Assembly (NCBI GenBank): GCA_023396255.1
Contig: JAEWWU010000018.1
Location: 61,899 to 125,898, forward strand
DNA from: Bacteroidota bacterium
Lineage (GTDB): Bacteria > Bacteroidota > Bacteroidia > Bacteroidales > Porphyromonadaceae
Reading direction: 5' to 3'
DNA: 64,000 bases
Part shown: one piece after another, positions 58,750-64,000 of the stretch
Layout: every line of letters starts with the position of its first letter
Position numbering within the stretch: position 1 is the stretch's first letter
Translations under genes and position numbers: made by a program
The notes under the pieces: generated by a model
Seen by the model: only the letters and a program-made list of their open reading frames with translations
Told to the model about the DNA's origin: nothing
Database searches by the model: none

Positions 58750-61602
58750 ATGACTCCACGCAAACCCTCTTTCGCAAATCTTTGGCACCTATGGAATAAA
58801 CATTGCCTCCTTGTTATAAGTGTACTGGTGGCATTCATTTCCCTCCTATCGGTTTCGTGCAGCAAACCGCCCGTGTCTTTCTCCCCTGAAGAACGCAAAG
58901 CAGTGGATAGCCTTGTTCGCTCCGTTCGTAATGTGGATTCGCTTGCCCTACTGCAAAAGCGGTTCGAAAGAGAGGGCAATCGGTTGGGCAGCATTGTTGC
59001 ACTGAGAGAATGGGGCAAAGCTCTACGCAACGAAAGCAGGTTCGATGAGGCTCTGAATGCCCACAGCGAGGGGCTTAGGCAGGCAGAGGCCATCGGAGAT
59101 ACTTTGGAATGGATACAAGCACTCAACAATATGGGTACGGACTACCGAAGATTGGGCGTGTTCGATGTGGCACAAGAATATCACTACCAAGCATATACGA
59201 TCAGCTTGGAGTGTGCAGACACCTCTTACGGTGCTAAGAAAAACCGTGTGGTATCGCTCAACGGATTGGGCAATGTCTATATGACGCTGAGAAACTATGC
59301 GCGGGCAGACAGTGCTTTTCGGTTGGCTCTGGTGGGCGAACAGGAATTGCACAGTACAACGGGACAAGCCATCAACTTCGCCAATATGGGATCGATCTTT
59401 GAGCAACAGGGGAAAACCGATTCGGCTTGGGTATATTACCGTCGCTCTATGGCATTCAATCAGGAGGCGGGCAACAAACTCGGCATATCGCTCTGCCACA
59501 CCTACTTCGGGTCGCTCTACGAAAAAGCAAAAGAATACGACAAAGCAACACAAGAGTACGAAACAGCATACTCCCTTATGCAAGCCTCAAAAGACGAATG
59601 GCACGTTTTGAACACACTCGTTGCACTCGCCGGCATCTACTACGCCACCGGCAATGATCCGAAGGCTTTGGATTACCTCGGCAAAGCCAAAGCGATAGCA
59701 GAGCAAATCAAATCGAGAGAACACTTGGCAGACATCCACACCTTATATTATAAGCTCCACAAAAGACAAGGAGACAAAGGGGCTGCTCTCTCTGCCTACG
59801 AAGTTGCCACAGCAATGCAAGACAGCATATTGGATGTGGAAAAGATAAATCGCATCCAAAATACGAGTCTCAACATTGAGCGAAGCCGTAAAGAAAGGCT
59901 GATGAGTGCCGCACAGCTCAAATTGGAAGAAGAACGAACGTGGCGCCGTGTAGGTTACGGTATCTTTGCTCTTCTTTTGTTACTCCTTACCGGATTCGTG
60001 ACAATGCAACTCTACATTCAACGCTTGCGGGTACGCAACCACCGTGCCTTGAAACAGATGTCTGCGTTGCGTGAGAATTTCTTTACCAATATTACCCACG
60101 AATTTCGCACTCCTCTTACCGTAATACTTGGGCTAAGTCGCGATGTACAAGAGGCGACGGAGTGCCCTCCGGAAATCAAAGACAAAGTACAGACCATTGA
60201 GAGGCAAGGCAACGGATTGCTCACGCTCATTAACCAACTCTTGGATATATCAAAGGTGAAGTCGGCAGTAGGAGACCCCGATTGGTATAACGGAAACATC
60301 ACAATATACCTCACAATGATTGTGGAAAGCTACCGTGAGTATGCTCGTAATCAGGGCATTGACCTGCAATTTCTTTCAAAAGGAAGTGTGGAGATGGACT
60401 TTGTACCCGACTACGTAAAAAAGGTGATGAACAACCTGCTTTCCAACGCATTTAAGTTCACCCCCAAGTATGGCAAAGTGAGCGTGATTGTATGGAGCGA
60501 AGACAATCAACTGCTTATAGATGTAATGGATACAGGTAAAGGAATGAGCAGGGAAGTTCTCTCCCGCATCTTTGAGCCTTTCTATCAAGCCGAGGGCGAT
60601 ACTCGAAACATTGGCACGGGAGTGGGTTTGGCACTCGTCAAGCAGGTTATAGACTCCGTAGGAGGCTGCATCAAAGTGGAAAGCACAGAAAACAGAGGAA
60701 CCACTTTTCACATCAGTGTACCCATTCGCAACCAATGCAAGCGGCAATTGACCGATCAAGAGGAGGCTAACAACCCTCTGCTTCCGGAAATAGGAGCAAT
60801 ACCCTTGGACAGCGAAAAAGAGGACAACGAATGCCGTTTGCTTATCATCGAAGACAACCAAGATATTGCCACTTACATCGGCTCGCTATTCTCCGGCTCC
60901 TATGCCATCTCTTATGCCTCCAATGGAGAAGAGGGATTGGAAAAGACATTGGATCTTGTTCCCGACCTAATCATCACCGATTTGATGATGCCCGGTATGG
61001 ACGGATTGGAGGTATGCCGACAGATTCGCAGCAACGAGATTGTAAACCACATTCCCATCATCGTGGTAACGGCAAAGATTACCGAAGAGGAGCGCATCAA
61101 GGGGATACAAGCCGGTGCAGATGCCTATCTTTCCAAACCCTTTAGCAGTGAAGAGCTGCGCACACGGGTCGAGAAACTGCTCGACCGCCATCGCCGCCTG
61201 CGGCACAAATTTGGAGAGAAAGCCGATGCCCCTACCAAAGACAAAGAAGAGTCTCTTACAGAAGCAGAGCGTCGTTTTCTTACCAAAACGGTGGACTTTA
61301 TCTATATCCTCCTGAACAAACGGCAACTGGAGGTAAACACCTTGGCTGAAAAACTCTGTATGAGCCCCAGACAGTTTCATCGAAAAATTATCGCCCTGAC
61401 AGGCGATACACCCGCCTCCTATATGCTGAAGATAAAGATGCAGAAGGCTCGTTTATTACTCGAGGGTAGCCCCGAACTGAAGATAGAAGACATCGCCGAA
61501 CGCTGTGGCTTTGATCATTCTTCCAGTTTCTACCACGCATTTAGGAAGGTCTACGGCATTACACCCACGGAATACAGACGAAGCTGCGCCGGAAAAGGGT
61601 AA
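58750..61602 (+). CDS. Hybrid sensor kinase/response regulator with periplasmic TPR sensor and C-terminal AraC-type HTH
   Basis: TM1, then TPR-like repeats, then TM2 (GIFALLLLLLTGFV). HisKA (FFTNITHEFRTPLT), HATPase (DTGKGM.., GTGVGLALV), REC (LLIIEDN..DLIITDLMMPGMDG..K), and HTH_AraC (IEDIAERCGFDHSSSFYHAFRKVYGITPTEYR). Confidence 0.9.
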   Translation: MTPRKPSFANLWHLWNKHCLLVISVLVAFISLLSVSCSKPPVSFSPEERKAVDSLVRSVRNVDSLALLQKRFEREGNRLGSIVALREWGKALRNESRFDEALNAHSEGLRQAEAIGDTLEWIQALNNMGTDYRRLGVFDVAQEYHYQAYTISLECADTSYGAKKNRVVSLNGLGNVYMTLRNYARADSAFRLALVGEQELHSTTGQAINFANMGSIFEQQGKTDSAWVYYRRSMAFNQEAGNKLGISLCHTYFGSLYEKAKEYDKATQEYETAYSLMQASKDEWHVLNTLVALAGIYYATGNDPKALDYLGKAKAIAEQIKSREHLADIHTLYYKLHKRQGDKGAALSAYEVATAMQDSILDVEKINRIQNTSLNIERSRKERLMSAAQLKLEEERTWRRVGYGIFALLLLLLTGFVTMQLYIQRLRVRNHRALKQMSALRENFFTNITHEFRTPLTVILGLSRDVQEATECPPEIKDKVQTIERQGNGLLTLINQLLDISKVKSAVGDPDWYNGNITIYLTMIVESYREYARNQGIDLQFLSKGSVEMDFVPDYVKKVMNNLLSNAFKFTPKYGKVSVIVWSEDNQLLIDVMDTGKGMSREVLSRIFEPFYQAEGDTRNIGTGVGLALVKQVIDSVGGCIKVESTENRGTTFHISVPIRNQCKRQLTDQEEANNPLLPEIGAIPLDSEKEDNECRLLIIEDNQDIATYIGSLFSGSYAISYASNGEEGLEKTLDLVPDLIITDLMMPGMDGLEVCRQIRSNEIVNHIPIIVVTAKITEEERIKGIQAGADAYLSKPFSSEELRTRVEKLLDRHRRLRHKFGEKADAPTKDKEESLTEAERRFLTKTVDFIYILLNKRQLEVNTLAEKLCMSPRQFHRKIIALTGDTPASYMLKIKMQKARLLLEGSPELKIEDIAERCGFDHSSSFYHAFRKVYGITPTEYRRSCAGKG

Positions 61603-61732
61603 TCACTCTACCTTTCTTCGCCGGATGCCGACAAAGTCAATTTGAAAAAAATTGGCTCAAGAGTCTGCCTTTTGATCTTTAGGAGAGCTTGCACTCTTTT
61701 TCAAACACTCCCATTACAGCCCCGTACGGGTT

Positions 61733-61840
61733 GGGATTTAGTTCCCTGCGAAGAAAAATTATATTGGACAAAAGAAAAATTTGCAGGGAATTATCGAAAA
61801 ATAATTCCCTCAAAATCGTCCAAAAGCAGGGAACTAATCG
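61733..61840 (+). repeat. Mosaic intergenic repeat, copy 4 (type I)
   Basis: TAGTTCCCT 61739, AGGGAATTA 61785, TAATTCCCT 61802, AGGGAACTA 61828, with the same 46/17/26 spacing as copy 1. Confidence 0.9.
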
Positions 61841-61981
61841 CCAATTCGCTTGGAAGAGCTTGGCAACTCTTATCCGCCGAGTAAAACATTTGCCAACTTT
61901 TCCGTGTTGTAGAAGAAAAGCAATAGGCGATTGCTTTGTATCGACCAACAAAAAACCAAAACTATTAACCAATAAAGAACA

Positions 61982-62164
61982 ATGAGTAACAGAAACGAAA
62001 TTATCTGCAACTGCAACCAGATTACGCGAGGAGAGATAGAGGATGCCATTCGCAACAAGAACCTCAAAACGGTAGACGAAGTAGGCGAAACCGTCGATGC
62101 CGGTACGGTTTGCGGAGCTTGTCAAGACGACATTCAAGAAATACTCGATACCCTCAACGCTTAA
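61982..62164 (+). CDS. BFD-like [2Fe-2S]-binding domain protein
   Basis: 60 aa with the C-x-C ... C-x-x-C pattern (IICNCNQITRGEI...GTVCGACQDDI) typical of bacterioferritin-associated ferredoxin domains. Confidence 0.8.
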   Translation: MSNRNEIICNCNQITRGEIEDAIRNKNLKTVDEVGETVDAGTVCGACQDDIQEILDTLNA

Positions 62165-62170
62165 ACACAA

Positions 62171-62208
62171 AATCCGCCTGTCAAAGACATTGTCCCGACA
62201 GGCGGATT
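62171..62208. terminator. Bidirectional terminator hairpin
   Basis: A 12-bp perfect stem (aatccgcctgtc / gacaggcggatt). The minus-strand reading is followed by ttttgtgttt. It lies between the + bfd-like gene and minus-strand small ORF B. Confidence 0.65.
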
Positions 62209-62298
62209 CTCTATTTGGAGGTAAACACCTCCCCACCTAACTTCTACAAAAAAAACTCGTCGTGGCCAATACCACAAACAAGGCACTCAACTTCACCA

Positions 62299-62445
62299 TC
62301 AACCCGTTGGGTCGCTACCATCATCCTCTCCAATAGGGATTTTAGGACCATCGTCGATAGACCACGAAGAAGGCGCTGCAATCATACTCTCGAGTTCAAG
62401 AGAGAGGCTCTCCACACCGGGAATCGAATAGACTTTCTTTTCCAT
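62299..62445 (-). CDS. Small ORF B (48 aa), paralog of small ORFs A and C
   Basis: My own translation: MEKKVYSIPGVESLSLELESMIAAPSSWSIDDGPKIPIGEDDGSDPTG. A -7-like box (TACCTTTA, minus strand, 62500-62507) lies 55 nt upstream. Confidence 0.5.
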   Translation of the reverse strand: MEKKVYSIPGVESLSLELESMIAAPSSWSIDDGPKIPIGEDDGSDPTG

Positions 62446-62757
62446 ACTATTGTTCTTTCTTGTGCAATAAATGCTAAGTCGTTTTTGCCATTAGCGGGGT
62501 AAAGGTAGTTCCATTTGCCCCCTTCTCACATCTTTTTGATTAGATTAACAGAAAAGCAACAAAAATAGAAGTCTTTTTAACGCAATAGAGATCAAAATGC
62601 GAGAATTATATTGCTTCCAAATATTTAAGTCCCTCCCCTATTCGTGGCACAAAGCCAATCAAAATCTCACTCCCTTGAGATGGGCAGAGGATGCTTCGGT
62701 ACAATCCAAAACATCCTCTGCATTCGGAAAATGCAATCTTCCTTACTAAGATGCTAT

Positions 62758-62916
62758 TTAGTTCGATACTCCGGGACCGGAACCGGTATCGTCTATTATA
62801 TCTCCTGACTCCGGATACTTGTTTCCCAAATCATACGAACCACTACTCCCATTCACCACGTTCTTCATCTCTATGGAAACGTGTTCCACAGTCGGTCGCA
62901 CATACGTCTTTTTCAT
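62758..62916 (-). CDS. Small ORF C (52 aa), paralog of small ORFs A and B
   Basis: My own translation: MKKTYVRPTVEHVSIEMKNVVNGSSGSYDLGNKYPESGDIIDDTGSGPGVSN. It starts 27 nt after the stop (62944) of the T9SS cargo gene. Confidence 0.55.
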   Translation of the reverse strand: MKKTYVRPTVEHVSIEMKNVVNGSSGSYDLGNKYPESGDIIDDTGSGPGVSN

Positions 62917-62943
62917 AACATTCTTCTTTTTTTATTTCTGTTC

Positions 62944-64000
62944 TTAGCGTACAAAATATTTCTTCCCATTCACAACGTAAACCCCTTCCGGAAGCCCGTC
63001 AAGATTAGAGCTACCTTGGCGCACCACTTGACCATTGATATCAAAAACAATGTCTGCATAGACATCCCCCTCTTGGTTCCTCTCTGTGTTGGGAAGGACT
63101 TCCGCTATGGCTGTGGGGGCTTGCTGCTCCTTGCTTGGGAACATTACGCCGGCTCTCTTCCCGGCTCCGTTATCCTTGCTCATCAGAACGCAAGCGGTGT
63201 ATTTGGTCCATCTTCCTCCCTCTTTTATCCGTTTGTAGAAGCCGGCACCGAATTGATTATTACCTGAATAGTAGTAATAACAAGGTGTGGAAAAAGTGCG
63301 TTCTTGGTACGTACCTTTGAAAGTGTACTTCACTCCGTCCAAGGAGAAAGACACTTCTTGCAAACTTTCTGCTTTTTCTTCCTGCTTTACGATGCCCGTT
63401 ATTGTAGAATAGGTACCGATCCCCTGCGATGTTCCGGTTCTGATTCCCGGGTGTATCATATAGGGGTGGTGAGCTTTTGTTTCCATTACATTGGTCTTAA
63501 ACTCCAAGACAATAGCTCCGTCTGAGTTCTTCTTTACTCCCGAAAACTCTACCACCTCGCAGCTTGCTCCATAGGCACTCTCAATCTGTTCGCGGGTCAT
63601 ATTGAACGGAAAACACAATGTGTACCACTTATCTTCTACTCGCACCTCATCTTTCCATATGGAACTGTCTGCCTGCTCCATAGTCAGCATAAAGTTGTTC
63701 CAACCGGCATACTCTCCTTGATTGTTATTAAACTTTCCAAAGTCTTGCACTGGCCAGATATTTCCATTATACCTTACAAACTTCTTCTCCCACTCTTGAG
63801 TTGTTCCATTTTTAAGGTTTTTAATATGTTGGTTTACATATTTCTCATAAGCTGATTTGGGGTAATGCAGCACGGTAGGCATCGTATAACCCGTGGCTTG
63901 GTTCTTAATGGCATCCCTCTGCACCTCTTCGCCTTGACTTGCCCCCGAGTAGGTGTAAGCGTAGGTATTATTTGGCTGAAAAGCGTGATCCATACACTTG
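62944..64000 (-). CDS. Secreted protein with T9SS CTD (5' end outside the window)
   Basis: The frame stays open past the listed ATG at 63993 to the window edge. Tail ..DINGQVVRQGSSNLDGLPEGVYVVNGKKYFVR is CTD-like. Confidence 0.65.
   Translation of the reverse strand, partial: KCMDHAFQPNNTYAYTYSGASQGEEVQRDAIKNQATGYTMPTVLHYPKSAYEKYVNQHIKNLKNGTTQEWEKKFVRYNGNIWPVQDFGKFNNNQGEYAGWNNFMLTMEQADSSIWKDEVRVEDKWYTLCFPFNMTREQIESAYGASCEVVEFSGVKKNSDGAIVLEFKTNVMETKAHHPYMIHPGIRTGTSQGIGTYSTITGIVKQEEKAESLQEVSFSLDGVKYTFKGTYQERTFSTPCYYYYSGNNQFGAGFYKRIKEGGRWTKYTACVLMSKDNGAGKRAGVMFPSKEQQAPTAIAEVLPNTERNQEGDVYADIVFDINGQVVRQGSSNLDGLPEGVYVVNGKKYFVR

Noticed and set aside
61679-62236. 185-aa minus-strand ORF and the 61642-61985 + strand ORFs spanning repeat copy 4. 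Likewise 14605-14958 over copy 1, 33540-33782 over copy 2 and 46088-46297 abutting copy 3.
   Set aside because: They read through the repeat element and/or are antisense to the well-supported BFD-like gene. Their apparent similarity to each other comes from the DNA repeat, not from a protein family.
62110-62502. 130-aa + strand ORF overlapping small ORF B, and 62691-62918 / 62881-63267 + strand ORFs overlapping small ORF C and the CTD gene.
   Set aside because: The sequences are Arg/Ser/His-rich and atypical. The opposite strand carries ORFs with a motif shared by three paralogs, and for 62881-63267 a clear CTD protein.
1-64000. Search for tRNA, rRNA, riboswitches, IS elements, integrases, and toxin-antitoxin or known defence-system genes.
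   Set aside because: I could not recognise any tRNA cloverleaf T-arm consensus, rRNA-like segment, transposase or integrase motif, or canonical defence genes. The lone AAA ATPase at 26434-27615 has no nuclease or partner gene next to it.

Overview
This is a 64 kb chromosomal window from a Bacteroidales-type genome. The supporting signals are TAnnTTTG -7 promoter boxes 20-110 nt upstream of starts, no Shine-Dalgarno usage, many T9SS C-terminal sorting domains, BspA-like LRR proteins, an S46 dipeptidyl peptidase, and PFOR/KOR anaerobic metabolism. I support about 50 protein genes.

Housekeeping genes: kbl, a 4-subunit 2-oxoacid:ferredoxin oxidoreductase operon, nifJ-type PFOR, lpxH, a DUF59 Fe-S factor, a DPP11-like peptidase, CYTH, Smr, dapB, lepB, WbqC, RelA/SpoT, bioD, a ROK regulator, a DEAD-box helicase, class I aldolase, an M20 dipeptidase, an MtaD-like deaminase and a purine nucleoside phosphorylase.

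Surface and accessory genes: a 4-gene TonB-dependent receptor operon, six T9SS-CTD cargo genes (three carrying LRR modules), lipoproteins, an AraC regulator, and a TPR-hybrid kinase with a fused AraC domain.

I saw no rRNA, tRNA, CRISPR array, transposase or integrase.

Two things are not explained by ordinary annotation:
1. A dispersed, about 105-115 bp intergenic mosaic repeat occurs four times. Each copy carries exactly four TA(A/G)TTCCCT / AGGGAA(C/T)TA 9-mers in alternating orientation, always in a 5' regulatory region, with modules inverted or shuffled between copies.
2. Three paralogous small ORFs (47-57 aa) fall below the ORF-track cutoff. They share an N-terminal K-x-Y-x-x-P-x-V-E motif and acidic tails. 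Two sit directly behind secreted-protein genes on the minus strand and the third is 312 nt further downstream.

Family names given as DUFxxxx are recalled from memory of similar Bacteroidales proteins and were not searched.
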